Counted from the stretch's first letter, positions 1 to 10,208 are shown. The stretch is DNA of 64,000 nt from Candidatus Poribacteria bacterium (GCA_965116925.1 OZ220744.1:2944001-3008000), one strand, 5' to 3'. Program-made: numbers and translations. The notes: generated by a model from the sequence alone, not told the origin.

Positions 1-224
1 CTATATAACTGCGCTGCCAGGGTTTTGTTGTGCGAGATGACTAACGTAGGACGTTGCAAATTTGCGATGACATGCGCCATCGTGAAGGTTTTTCCCGAAC
101 CCGTAACGCCCAACAACGTTTGAAGATCGTTCTCTTTTCGCAGAAAATCTTCCGTAAGCATCTGGATTGCTTGCGGCTGATCTCCTTGCGGTGTATAGTC
201 TGAAACCAACTCAAATTTTTCCAT
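1..224 (-). CDS. uvrB: Excinuclease ABC subunit B, N-terminal part (runs off the window start)
   Basis: Not in the ORF track. Manual translation from ATG at 224: [20 protein letters not shown]...[40 protein letters not shown], with the UvrB GDQP, Walker A GVTGSGKT and [10 protein letters not shown] signatures. Confidence 0.96.
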   Translation of the reverse strand, partial: MEKFELVSDYTPQGDQPQAIQMLTEDFLRKENDLQTLLGVTGSGKTFTMAHVIANLQRPTLVISHNKTLAAQLY

Positions 225-342
225 ATTTCTCGATTCCTAGCAGCATCATGCCTACCCTAAACAAGGAATAACGATTGCTATCCCTACAGGTATCGGTTGG
301 ATTTTCGCCGTAAAACTCGATTTTTGCCTTTTCCTTCACGTT

Positions 343-2793
343 TTACTGATGTGCATTACAGATCACCTTCGGTTCATATCCAACGATGAAGGCTTCCTTA
401 ATAATGTCTTCCTCCGGACATTTTCCTTGATATCTCAGCATTCCTGTATTTTTATCGACGCTTCGCCAAACAACGTTGGATGGTTTATCAAAATCCTTGA
501 CGGGACCGCGTGCCCCCTCAATCATAAATCGAGCCCAAATGGGTAAGGCACCTAGGGCCCCTGGAAACGTTGTCTTCTTCTTGTGGTCGTTAAATCCAAC
601 CCAAACCCCAGCAGCGAGATTCTGAATATAACCGACAAACCACGCATCTGTATAATTGTCCGTCGTGCCGGTTTTGCCGGCTGCAGGACGTTCTAACCCC
701 ATAACACGTGCCCGCCTCCCGGTGCCATTATTAATCACACCCTTCATGAGATGTGTCATGAGGTAGGCGACCCCTGGATCAAGTGCTTGTTCCGCCGGTG
801 GTTGATTTTCAATCAGGAGATTTCCATACTGATCTTCAACATAGTGAATGGCTATTGGCTTCCTGCGCATCCCACCGTTAGCAAAAACAGAGTAGGCACC
901 AGTCATTTGGAGTAACGGCAATCCACCTGCCCCTAATGCAACTGACGGATATGCAGGCAAATTGGCGTCAATGCCTAGACGTTTGGCCATCGCGAGTGTT
1001 CGATTGAGCCCGGCAGGCTTTTCGTTTTCCTCTATCCGTGTCTCCCACATCATTCTTGCTGTCGCAATGTTAATTGATTTTTCCAATACCCTTCGCGCAG
1101 TAATCTCTCCGTAGTAACGTCGTCCGTAGTTTCGCGGTCTCCATCTCCGCCGTGTTCCAACGTCAATAGACCACGCTTCATCGCGAATAATCGTTGCCGG
1201 TGTTATTAAAGGGGGAAGATCGAGCAGTGCTGCAAAGACTATTGGTTTAAAAGATGAACCGGGTTGGCGGTAGGCATCAACAGATCGATTGAAAAAGTTA
1301 ATCTCCTGCCGTGTGATATAAAAATCACGTCCTCCAACCATTGCCTTGATGTGTCCTGTTTGCGGTTCAAGGGCAATCAGCCCCGCTTGCAAATAATTGG
1401 TAATTGGGTTAATGCCATTGGGATTATTTTTATTCTCGTCGTAGTCGGGCAGGTTTCTGTATCTACGATACCCCACCCTCAACTTCTGATCCAATTCTCG
1501 CAAGTGGTCAGCAACAGCTCTTTCTGCAATCTCCTGCATGGATGGATCGATTGTCGTATATACCCTCAACCCTTGATTGTACAAATGTCCTTCTAAGTCA
1601 GATATCTCGATTAGCTGTTCATGAACATATTCCAAAAAATGGGAGCCGCCTGTGCCCTGCGCGCTTTTGGGCACCTCAATGACAACAGGTTTCTGGATAT
1701 ATGTATCGTGTTCCTCTGGGCTAATGAAACCTGCCTTTAGCATCAACCCAAGCACCAGATTGCGCCGTTCTTTTGAGCGATCTGGATGACGCACCGGCGA
1801 ATAGCGCGTTGGTGACTTCGGAATGCCCGCTAGTGTGGCACACTCATGGAGTTCTAACTCCCATACATTCTTCCCAAAATAGTTTTGGGCTGCCTCTTGG
1901 ACGCCGAGTACTTCCTGCGAACCGTATCGTCCCAAGTTAATGAGGTTCAGATATCTTTCGAGAATTTCGTCCTTGGAAAATTGATGCTCAATACGGACAG
2001 CAAGCAGCGCCTCCTTTACCTTTCGCAAAAGTCGTCTCTCACGGGTCAGATAGATATTGCGTGTGAGTTGCTGAGTGACGGTACTTGCGCCTTGCAGCGT
2101 TCCTTGCACTTGCCCTAGATATAACTGAGTATTGTGAATCGCTGCACGGAGAATTCCTAGAAAATCTACACCCCAGTGATTATAGAATCGCTGATCTTCA
2201 ACCGCGAGAAATGCCTGCAGCAGGGTATCTGGCATCTGCACCAGTTTCACAATCTCTCGTGCCTCGGCTTCACCTTCTCTGTCATAAAGCGCGTTGAGCA
2301 ACTCCGGCCTAAGATCAAAACTATCTATTTTTTCACCGTCATCATTTTGGATCGTCTCAATTTTTCCATCAACCACAGAAAGCTCGACCTGATAGGGTTC
2401 CCGATCTTCACTTGGGAAATGGAAACCCTGGAGATATATCCATAGCCTTTCAGGTTGTCCCTGTTCATCACGCCCGACTGAATATTGTCCAACGACACTT
2501 GGCTTAATGAATTCCCCGCTTTCTTGATACTCCAATCGCTTCAATTTATCCAGCAGAAAATCGACAGAATCTCCCGGTTGGACTGTACAAAGCGAGGAAT
2601 AAACTTCAAGGTGTTGTTTCCACGTGTTAACCTCACGGTATTCCAGTTGGCCCAAGTCAACATGGTCAATGGAATCCCATGATTTGATGACAACACCTCC
2701 GACGAACCCAACGCCGACAAAGATCAACATCATCACACAAATAGCAGCAATGAGTAACAATGTGAGTACGCCCCGAAAAAGTTTTTTAATCAT
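343..2793 (-). CDS. Class A penicillin-binding protein (PBP1A/1B type, transglycosylase plus transpeptidase)
   Basis: N-terminal TM helix; GT51 motifs EDQRFYNHWG, QGASTVTQQL and RKVKE; transpeptidase SxxK (PGSSFKP), SxN (KSIN) and KTG (GKTGT). Confidence 0.95.
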   Translation of the reverse strand: MIKKLFRGVLTLLLIAAICVMMLIFVGVGFVGGVVIKSWDSIDHVDLGQLEYREVNTWKQHLEVYSSLCTVQPGDSVDFLLDKLKRLEYQESGEFIKPSVVGQYSVGRDEQGQPERLWIYLQGFHFPSEDREPYQVELSVVDGKIETIQNDDGEKIDSFDLRPELLNALYDREGEAEAREIVKLVQMPDTLLQAFLAVEDQRFYNHWGVDFLGILRAAIHNTQLYLGQVQGTLQGASTVTQQLTRNIYLTRERRLLRKVKEALLAVRIEHQFSKDEILERYLNLINLGRYGSQEVLGVQEAAQNYFGKNVWELELHECATLAGIPKSPTRYSPVRHPDRSKERRNLVLGLMLKAGFISPEEHDTYIQKPVVIEVPKSAQGTGGSHFLEYVHEQLIEISDLEGHLYNQGLRVYTTIDPSMQEIAERAVADHLRELDQKLRVGYRRYRNLPDYDENKNNPNGINPITNYLQAGLIALEPQTGHIKAMVGGRDFYITRQEINFFNRSVDAYRQPGSSFKPIVFAALLDLPPLITPATIIRDEAWSIDVGTRRRWRPRNYGRRYYGEITARRVLEKSINIATARMMWETRIEENEKPAGLNRTLAMAKRLGIDANLPAYPSVALGAGGLPLLQMTGAYSVFANGGMRRKPIAIHYVEDQYGNLLIENQPPAEQALDPGVAYLMTHLMKGVINNGTGRRARVMGLERPAAGKTGTTDNYTDAWFVGYIQNLAAGVWVGFNDHKKKTTFPGALGALPIWARFMIEGARGPVKDFDKPSNVVWRSVDKNTGMLRYQGKCPEEDIIKEAFIVGYEPKVICNAHQ

Positions 2794-2856
2794 CCAATTT
2801 TCCTTATCCTATATCTTGATTTTATCGGTTTCCCTGAAAAATTCAGAGATTAATAT

Positions 2857-3474
2857 TTACGGCGTACGGTCCCGACTCCGTTCTTTCCTAACACGTTTGA
2901 TAGTGCAGCCAAACGCCTTTGTTTTCTTGTGGTCTTCAGGAATTTCTTTTTCGGCAACCACAAGATCAAGCCTTTCGCGTAGATAGTGTGTTTCGGGATT
3001 CTTCTGGCTGTTATCAATAGCACCACGATACCGAAGTATCCGCTTTTCGTCCAATAAGTAGACTTCAGGTGTACGCCTTGCTCCGAATTTATCCGCAATC
3101 TTATTCCCCAAGTCTTTTAGGACGACGAAATCGAACCTGTTTGTTTTGTTATGTTCCGCTATCTCTTCGACCGATTCATTCCTGTTGGAGTTGATCCCAA
3201 TGAACTGTACACCTTGACCTTTGTAGTCATTATGTAGTTCGACCATTCTCTCGTTGTAATCGTTAAAAACAGGACATTGGGTCGAAATGAACATCACAAC
3301 GGTCGCCTTTTTTTCGTGGCTCAAATCCTTGAGTGAATGTTCTTTGTCCGTTGCATCTTTAAGCGTGAAGTTGAGGACTTTCTTATCCATCTTGACAGTG
3401 TCTGCACCGGTATTCATACTAAAAGTAATAATAAAAATGAAGATCACGGTGAGGATCCGAGTCAATAATTTCAT
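2857..3474 (-). CDS. Exported thioredoxin-fold redoxin (AhpC/TSA, Prx-like)
   Basis: Signal peptide; FTLKD, FISTQCPV, GINSN, FGARRTPEVYLLD, YRGAIDN and C-terminal AFGCTIK. Confidence 0.85.
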   Translation of the reverse strand: MKLLTRILTVIFIFIITFSMNTGADTVKMDKKVLNFTLKDATDKEHSLKDLSHEKKATVVMFISTQCPVFNDYNERMVELHNDYKGQGVQFIGINSNRNESVEEIAEHNKTNRFDFVVLKDLGNKIADKFGARRTPEVYLLDEKRILRYRGAIDNSQKNPETHYLRERLDLVVAEKEIPEDHKKTKAFGCTIKRVRKERSRDRTP

Positions 3475-3819
3475 TGATACCTCCTACGATTGCAATTAAT
3501 CTGCCAACCCTTTTGAATCCACATAACATTGCATTAAGTGTTAAGACGTTTGATGTGCCATTCTGTTTAAGTCAGACCGCTTTTATATGCTTGAAAAATT
3601 CACATTTGTACGGCTTAGATTGCCCCGATTTTATAGCCACTACTTCTAATACCCAAACGCTCAAATTGAAACGAAGGTAACAACCATCAGCTAAAAATAT
3701 ATAGATTCATTCCCGACAATACGCGCCAACCTCCAAGTTGGACAGTTATCGTCGAAATATTTTGTTCGCTTTCTTCCCCGTATTTAATACGCTTGGTAAC
3801 GATGGTTTGAGGGGCAGTT

Positions 3820-5841
3820 TTATCTCACAACGGTCATTCGTCGTGTTCTCCAATAGTCCCCTGCTTCCAGCGTGTAGAAATATACTCCACTGCCGACCGT
3901 CTCTCCCATATCACTCCGGCCATCCCAATACGTCGCACGCTGCCGAGAGAGATAGTCCCCTGCCGGTTGTTCACCGAGATCCAATTCCCGCACCAATTGT
4001 CCCAAGACATCATAAATCCGAATCCGCACATGGGCAGTCTCTGCCAGTTGGTAGGGGATCCATGTTTCGGGGTTGAAGGGGTTGGGAAAATTCGGCAAGA
4101 GCGCGTTACCTCGTATTCGTCCCCATAGAGTCGGTTGCTTTCCCTGATGATTTGCGACACTCCAAGCATCAATAGCCCGTGTCAAATCAAGGGCGATAAA
4201 ACGTCCACCATTGACACCTGTGACGAAATCTTCAGGGTTTGTACCGTTAAGATTAGCACGGTGGATTCTGCCCGGATTTAGGTCCGTCCAGTATATTTTC
4301 CCCCTGTATGGATCGACGGCAATACCCGATGGACCACTTAATCTTGTTTTTTCGAGTTGTATATTTGCTGGCTTTAGCACAGTTTGAGGTTTTGTACCAT
4401 CAAGGTTCAAACGAAGAATTATTCCCGCCCCTGTGTTCACATGTTGCTCTGTTAGGTAGATTTTACCTTCCTTGACATCCAAAGCGATACCCCATGGTAC
4501 TTTGGGCAACTCAATGATGTCTTCAACATCTGTCCCGTCAAGGTTCGCCCGTTGGATTTTGTGTACTTTATAATTCGGCCAGTATATCTTACCGTTATTT
4601 ATATCTACCGCAACATCGTTCGGATAGGCTATCTCCTCTGCGACAAGCATTTCAACACCTGTACCATCTAGATTGGACCGGTGGATGCCTGTACACCCAT
4701 CTGTCCAATATATCTTACTCTCATTCGTGTCCAAGTCAAGACCGTATGGCGCACATAATCCATCAATGGGGATATCCTCAATATTGGTGCCATCGAAGTT
4801 CGACCGCTGAATTTTGCTTGCTTCAGGGTTCGTCCAGTATATTTTTTGTTCACTCGTATCCAGAGCGATGCCGTTTGGGTTCAGTTCTGTTGTGAGAAGC
4901 ATTTCGTTGTCCGTCCCGTCAAGGTTTGCTCGCTGGATTTTGGGTGGGAATTGCCAGTTTGTCCAGTATATCTTTTGCTGCTCCGTATCTATAGCAATGC
5001 CTAGTATCCGTTTTACCCTCGTCGTGAAGATATCTTCGACGTTTGTGCCGTCTAGATTTGCCCGGTGGACTTTTTCTATATCCCACTCTGTCCAATACAA
5101 CTTTCCAGCTACCGAATCAACAGTCATCGCTGATATATAACCCAAACCTAAGACCGATTCTTCTACATTTTTCCCATCAAGGTCTGCCCGGCGAATCGCT
5201 CCTCTATCGGCCCAGTAGATTTTTCCTGCAATTGGATCCAGTGCAATGCGTTGCGGATTCTGCAAGCCTTCGGTGACGAGGTCCTCAATCTCTGTACCAT
5301 CAAGGTTTGAACGCTGAATCTTTCGTGTATCAGAATCCGCCCAGTAAATCTTCTTACCGTTTGAATCTACAGCAATGCCTTGGGGCCACGACGCTCCATT
5401 TTTCCACGTGACAAGTTCTTCAATCCCCGTACCATCAAGGTTTGAGCGTTGGATGATTTGCGTGTCTGTCCAGTATAACTTCCCTCTGCTCCCATCCACA
5501 GCAACATAGAAAGGCAAACCCGATTCTACTGTGATGAGATCCTCAATGTCTGTTCCATCAAGGTTTGCTCTTTGAATCTTCCTTGTCTTACTATCCGCCC
5601 AGTAAATTTTCCCACCTTTTTTGTCAACAGCAATGCCCATGGGAGATACCAGCGGAACCGGGACAGGGGTTTCCATGTTTCCGCCGTCAAGATCTACGCG
5701 GTGAATTCCTCTGATGTCCGTCCAATATAGCTTGTCTGTATCTGCCTCTGCATGACCAAATAACAGTGCAAGTGTGATTACAAAACCGAGCCATTGAATA
5801 TAAGTGACACGCCAATTCATGTATACCCGTTCTCGTTTCAT
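3820..5841 (-). CDS. Secreted LDL-receptor class B (YWTD) repeat protein with a C-terminal FlgD-Ig/T9SS-CTD-like domain
   Basis: RBS AAGGAG before ATG 5841; signal peptide ending AEA; 12 K(I/L)YW(T/A)D-type repeats with IQRxNLDGT; C-terminal NFPNPFNPETWIPY...YWDG...TRRMTVVR. Confidence 0.9.
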   Translation of the reverse strand: MKRERVYMNWRVTYIQWLGFVITLALLFGHAEADTDKLYWTDIRGIHRVDLDGGNMETPVPVPLVSPMGIAVDKKGGKIYWADSKTRKIQRANLDGTDIEDLITVESGLPFYVAVDGSRGKLYWTDTQIIQRSNLDGTGIEELVTWKNGASWPQGIAVDSNGKKIYWADSDTRKIQRSNLDGTEIEDLVTEGLQNPQRIALDPIAGKIYWADRGAIRRADLDGKNVEESVLGLGYISAMTVDSVAGKLYWTEWDIEKVHRANLDGTNVEDIFTTRVKRILGIAIDTEQQKIYWTNWQFPPKIQRANLDGTDNEMLLTTELNPNGIALDTSEQKIYWTNPEASKIQRSNFDGTNIEDIPIDGLCAPYGLDLDTNESKIYWTDGCTGIHRSNLDGTGVEMLVAEEIAYPNDVAVDINNGKIYWPNYKVHKIQRANLDGTDVEDIIELPKVPWGIALDVKEGKIYLTEQHVNTGAGIILRLNLDGTKPQTVLKPANIQLEKTRLSGPSGIAVDPYRGKIYWTDLNPGRIHRANLNGTNPEDFVTGVNGGRFIALDLTRAIDAWSVANHQGKQPTLWGRIRGNALLPNFPNPFNPETWIPYQLAETAHVRIRIYDVLGQLVRELDLGEQPAGDYLSRQRATYWDGRSDMGETVGSGVYFYTLEAGDYWRTRRMTVVR

Positions 5842-5891
5842 TGGTTCACTCCTTTTGACCTATTCTGTGCAGTAACCGAGCCCAACAAAAC

Positions 5892-6062
5892 CTATTTTTG
5901 GATAATCATCTTCCGCGTTGCCCTGAAACTACCGGTGTCAAGTTCGTACCAGCAAATGCCGCTGGAAACCTTTTCTCCACCATCATTCCGTCCATCCCAA
6001 TAAACAGCGTGGGATTGTGAGAGATAACCGTGCACAAGTTTGGTGCCCAGATCTAACTTCCG
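5892..6062 (-). pseudogene. Orphan remnant of a FlgD-Ig/T9SS-CTD-like C-terminal domain
   Basis: Manual translation RKLDLGTKLVHGYLSQSHAVYWDGRNDGGEKVSSGICWYELDTGSFRATRKMIIQK*, homologous to the C-termini of the 3820-5841 and 28454-32296 proteins. It is preceded directly by in-frame TGA TAG and has no start codon. Confidence 0.85.
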
Positions 6063-6158
6063 CTATCACATGTGCTATAAAATACCAATATAGATTAAAA
6101 CTGCGAAGCCTCGCGACCTACAATGCTACGCAGTTACTGTAAGATTGCATGAGAAGAT

Positions 6159-6175
6159 AGCACATAGTATGCCAA
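6159..6175 (-). promoter_or_regulatory. Candidate sigma-54 (-24/-12) promoter facing the YWTD gene
   Basis: Minus strand TTGGCATACTATGTGCT has GG and GC at the exact TGGCACGNNNNTTGC spacing; palindrome CGTTCA-N5-TGAACG lies upstream at about 6247-6263. Confidence 0.45.
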
Positions 6176-6322
6176 ACTCGATAAAGGTTGGATTAGCGTC
6201 TGTAAGCGTCTTTCTCACCATTTATGGCAAAACAGCACCTTCATATCGTTCATTTTTTGAACGCTCCTGTTCATAAAGCCGGTAATCGATGCTCCTTTTA
6301 GGGCAAACCTTGTCTTTCCGCC

Positions 6323-7267
6323 TCAGACGCCAATCCGTTTCGTCACCGAATGCGTGGGCCCGCCCCATCTCGGAATTGCAACCGTCCACTGCCCCGCAGG
6401 ACCTCCAGCGACGACAATAATGACATCTTCGGGCAGCCGCCGTGTTTGTTGATGAATATACGCCTGTATGTCGCTCCTGCTAAAACCATCTCTGGCAATT
6501 GTCTTCATATGCTCAAGAGTAAACACAAGAACAATTTCAGAGGATGGGGGGGCCAGTGACGAAATGCCGCCACAAATTGTGTCCAGGATGCTTTCCGCTG
6601 TATTTCCACTGGACCCGATGTGATATGGAGAGGAACCCGCATGGACTGTCACCGTGCTGTCAGAGGCCTCGAATCCGCGTTCAACGTGCAAAGGCTCCCA
6701 CAGACTCGCCTCCTCCCGTTCAGCGATGCAGAAGGTGTATTTGCCAGCATGACCCAAAGTGGAGCGGTCTAATTCGCCGGGCAAAGCACCACCGACATTC
6801 GTACCGATGAGGCGGATTGTCCGTCCGATCGTTGCGTTTGCCCGCCAACCTTGCCCAAAAACGTTAAAACTATCATTGATATCCAACTGCTTTCGGATGG
6901 GACCATTGATAATCAGCAACGGTGTCGAATCAGCAGTTGTCACCTGAACACCGTGCAGATTAAATGCTTCTTCGGTGACTGCCTCGACTGCTGCGATGAC
7001 AACCGGCATATATTCCGGCTTGCAACCAGCCATCACCGCGTTAATAGCAATGCGCTCAATTGTTGCGTGCCCCCATTTTGGCGGGATGGCTGCGAGCAAT
7101 TCATCCGGCTGCCTGTTCGTGCCAGCTAACATTTTTTTTACCCGATCCGGCGTCGGTGGGACAACCGGCAAGCCATCAGTCCAACCGTTTTGATAACAGA
7201 GTTCTATGAGGTCTGCGTCCTCAGCTGCTTCAATCTGATCTGACTGCCATTGGATTTGTGTCATCAC
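6323..7267 (-). CDS. Conserved hypothetical protein (GWTDGLPVVPPT family)
   Basis: Motifs GWTDGLPVVPPT, IAINAVMAGCKPEY, RANATIGR and WEPLHVERG. From recollection this family often neighbours UGSC-type thioredoxin-like proteins. Confidence 0.75.
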   Translation of the reverse strand: MMTQIQWQSDQIEAAEDADLIELCYQNGWTDGLPVVPPTPDRVKKMLAGTNRQPDELLAAIPPKWGHATIERIAINAVMAGCKPEYMPVVIAAVEAVTEEAFNLHGVQVTTADSTPLLIINGPIRKQLDINDSFNVFGQGWRANATIGRTIRLIGTNVGGALPGELDRSTLGHAGKYTFCIAEREEASLWEPLHVERGFEASDSTVTVHAGSSPYHIGSSGNTAESILDTICGGISSLAPPSSEIVLVFTLEHMKTIARDGFSRSDIQAYIHQQTRRLPEDVIIVVAGGPAGQWTVAIPRWGGPTHSVTKRIGV

Positions 7268-7365
7268 AATTTTCCTTTCAATTTCTGATTTTTTGTGCTA
7301 TCATGCGTGAAATAGATAAGAAGAAATCATTTTACGTAGTACGCTATACGAACGGAGATATACTT

Positions 7366-8838
7366 ATGCGTATCGCAACGGGTTGCATCGGTCACGAGAC
7401 AAACACATTTTCATCTGTGCCGACTTCAATTGACGACTTTAAGCGAAGTTACCAAATCGGCGATGAAATCATCTCGACTTTCAGACAGACGAGTACGATC
7501 ACCGGTGGGTTTATCGAGAATTCAGAGAAGTTAGGGATTCAGATTGTCCCGCTCCTATGGACGTTCGCAATGCCCTCTGGCGCGGTCGAGCAACGAGCGT
7601 ACGACACGCTTAAAGGAGAGTTCCTCGACCTCTTGCGAAATACTGGGCAGATTGACGGAGTTTTCCTAGATCTGCACGGAGCAATGGCAACGGAGGAAAT
7701 CGAAGATGCTGAGGGCGATCTGATTCAATCGGTGCGCGAAATTGTCGACTCCCTCCCAATCGTTGTGACGTTAGACCTCCACGCAAACATCACCGTTGAG
7801 ATGGCGGAATACAGTGATACAATTATCGGTTTTGACACCTATCCGCATGTCGATTGCTATGATCGCGGTGTTGAGGCAGCACAGGTGATATTTGATATAG
7901 TTCGGGGAAATATCCGCCCGACAATGGCGTACCGCCAACTGCCGCTGCTAACCTCGCCGCCGGCGCAATGTACGATGAAACCTCTGATGAGCAAAGTGGT
8001 AGAACAGCTTCATGCCCTCGAAACGGAACCGGGTGTGGTAACAGCAACCCTATCAATGGGATTTCCTTTTGCAGATATACGCGATGCCGGGGTATCGGTG
8101 TTGGTGACAACCAACGGCGATCAGCAACTCGCTGAACAACATACAGATAAGTTTACCCAATATATCTGGGACATGCGAGAGGAATTTAACCCAAATCTCG
8201 TTTCCGTTGAGGAAGCAATTGAGATTGCAAATCGGTCAGAAGGGCAGCCCATCGTTCTTGCAGAAGGGGCAGATAACCCCGGTGGTGGCGGCCCCTGCGA
8301 TGGCACGATGATTCTTCGGAAATTTATCGAAGCTGACGTCCAAGATGCAGTTATTGCCATAATCGCTGACCCGGAGTCTGTAGCACTCGCGATCGAAGCA
8401 GGTGTCGGCAATACGGTAGCACTCAATGTCGGCGGAAAAACGATTCCGCTGCACGGCGATCCGGTTGCGTTGACAGGCTATGTGAAAACAATTTCTGACG
8501 GAAAATATGTGAATAAAGGACCGATGGCGCGTGGAGTCCGAAACAGTTTGGGACGAACAGCTGTCGTCAAGGTCGGCGGTGTCGAAATCATTCTAACAGA
8601 ACGCCGTGTTCAACCCATTGACGCTGAAGTGCTTCGTAATGTTGGAATAGAGCCTAGGGATCGGAAACTCATTGCGCTCAAATCGGCTGTTCACTTCCGT
8701 GCAGACTATACACCAATCGCCCATGAGATCTTGGAGGTAGACACCCCCGGCATCCATAGCCCAGATCTCTTCTCCTACGATTATCAGAAAGTCCGCCGCC
8801 CCATCTATCCACTGGAAACAGACATTGATTTTCGATAA
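7366..8838 (+). CDS. M81 family metallopeptidase (MlrC-like)
   Basis: HETNTFS, LDLHGAM, LDLHAN, YPHVD, DNPGGG and LKSAVHFRA; start taken at ATG 7366 after GGAGA. Confidence 0.92.
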   Translation: MRIATGCIGHETNTFSSVPTSIDDFKRSYQIGDEIISTFRQTSTITGGFIENSEKLGIQIVPLLWTFAMPSGAVEQRAYDTLKGEFLDLLRNTGQIDGVFLDLHGAMATEEIEDAEGDLIQSVREIVDSLPIVVTLDLHANITVEMAEYSDTIIGFDTYPHVDCYDRGVEAAQVIFDIVRGNIRPTMAYRQLPLLTSPPAQCTMKPLMSKVVEQLHALETEPGVVTATLSMGFPFADIRDAGVSVLVTTNGDQQLAEQHTDKFTQYIWDMREEFNPNLVSVEEAIEIANRSEGQPIVLAEGADNPGGGGPCDGTMILRKFIEADVQDAVIAIIADPESVALAIEAGVGNTVALNVGGKTIPLHGDPVALTGYVKTISDGKYVNKGPMARGVRNSLGRTAVVKVGGVEIILTERRVQPIDAEVLRNVGIEPRDRKLIALKSAVHFRADYTPIAHEILEVDTPGIHSPDLFSYDYQKVRRPIYPLETDIDFR

Positions 8839-8888
8839 GCGCGATCTGTAGAAACAATAGACCCGTTTCAAACTCTGGAGACATCACT

Positions 8889-10208
8889 ATGAGAACAGTT
8901 CCACACATTGCACCCATCTGGAGTACCGTTCTTCTCCTTCTGCTCGTTTTGGGAGTTGGTGCAGCGCACACCTCACCCGTTGCAATACTCGGCGCATTTG
9001 ATGAAGAAATCGCAATCCTTGAGGGACAACTTGTAAATCCAAAGGCACATACGATTCAGGGAATACAATTTCTGACAGGGACCCTCAACGAGCAAAACGT
9101 AGTTATCGCAAGAACAGGGGTCGGCAAAGTCAATGCAGCAATGACAGCCACATTGGTCATTGAGCATTTTCGTCCGAATCGAGTCATCTTCACAGGGGTT
9201 GCCGGTGGACTCAATCCAGACCTGCGGATCGGAGATATTGTCATCGCTGAAAAGACAGCACAACACGATTTAGGCAGACTCGAATCAGCCGAGATCGAAA
9301 ACTTTGGTGTCAGGAATCCTATCAATGGAAAACGAAATCCTGTCTTCTTTTTCGCTGATCCCGGACTCTTGCAGACAACAGAAACTGTTCTGGCGGACAT
9401 AAAACTCAGCCCATTGCAAACCCCTCAAGGTCAACGACACCCACGAATCATCACGGGAACAGTTGTAACTGGCGATGTGTTTGTGGCTTCTGATGCTAAA
9501 AAGACAAACTTACACAAAAATCTCGGCGCAGATGCGGTAGAGATGGAAGGTGCAGCAGTTGCCCAAATCTGCTGGCAACACAATGTCCCCTGCTTGGTCA
9601 TACGCAGCCTCAGCGATAATGCCGGTGCAAACGCTTCGGAAGATTTTAAGAAATACTACAAAATCGCTGCGCGCAATTCCGCAGCACTCGTTACTCGTAT
9701 TATCAGCCGACTTCATTCCGAACAATCGTTGCAGCCGGGAGCGAAAATCGACCGTGAACAAATCCAAGAACCCCTTGCATCATCACAGCAAAACGCGCTT
9801 AGTCCCAATGAACAGCGATTTCAAGAGATGCTTTCAGGCGTTACGCTCACTGGCCACTTCACAATCACAGGGGAAAAAGAGTCAAGCACCCTAAGAGAAG
9901 AAAAATATACCATCAAAAAAGTTACCAAACTGAGCGACGATTACTGGCTCTTCTTTACACGCATCCAGTATGGTGGGAGGGATGTAACCGCGCCCTTAAA
10001 ACTTGAGGTTAAATGGGCGGAGGATACCCCCATCATCACATTGACCGATCTGGAACTCCCACAGTTAGGAACCTTTACGGCAAGGGTGATAATCTATCGC
10101 GGGCAATATGCCGGCACGTGGAGCAGCGGCAAACACGGCGGGCATATGTTCGGAACGATAACCAAGAATACGCCCGAATCAGATGATATTGACTCCCAAC
10201 AGGACTAG
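8889..10208 (+). CDS. mtnN: Exported 5'-methylthioadenosine/S-adenosylhomocysteine nucleosidase fused to an uncharacterised C-terminal beta-rich domain
   Basis: Hydrophobic signal peptide; GAFDEE, GVGKVNAA, TGVAGG, VEMEGAAVAQ and IRSLSD; about 150 extra C-terminal residues after a Q/S/E linker. Confidence 0.85.
   Translation: MRTVPHIAPIWSTVLLLLLVLGVGAAHTSPVAILGAFDEEIAILEGQLVNPKAHTIQGIQFLTGTLNEQNVVIARTGVGKVNAAMTATLVIEHFRPNRVIFTGVAGGLNPDLRIGDIVIAEKTAQHDLGRLESAEIENFGVRNPINGKRNPVFFFADPGLLQTTETVLADIKLSPLQTPQGQRHPRIITGTVVTGDVFVASDAKKTNLHKNLGADAVEMEGAAVAQICWQHNVPCLVIRSLSDNAGANASEDFKKYYKIAARNSAALVTRIISRLHSEQSLQPGAKIDREQIQEPLASSQQNALSPNEQRFQEMLSGVTLTGHFTITGEKESSTLREEKYTIKKVTKLSDDYWLFFTRIQYGGRDVTAPLKLEVKWAEDTPIITLTDLELPQLGTFTARVIIYRGQYAGTWSSGKHGGHMFGTITKNTPESDDIDSQQD

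Noticed and set aside
5892..6062. Diversity-generating retroelement template for the CTD of the neighbouring gene
   Set aside because: Similarity is only at protein level, differences are not adenine-specific, and no reverse transcriptase is in the window.
6323..7267. Adjacent UGSC-type selenoprotein or UGA read-through
   Set aside because: Neither flank has a recognisable small thioredoxin-like ORF with an in-frame UGA; the upstream gap is under 100 bp and divergent.
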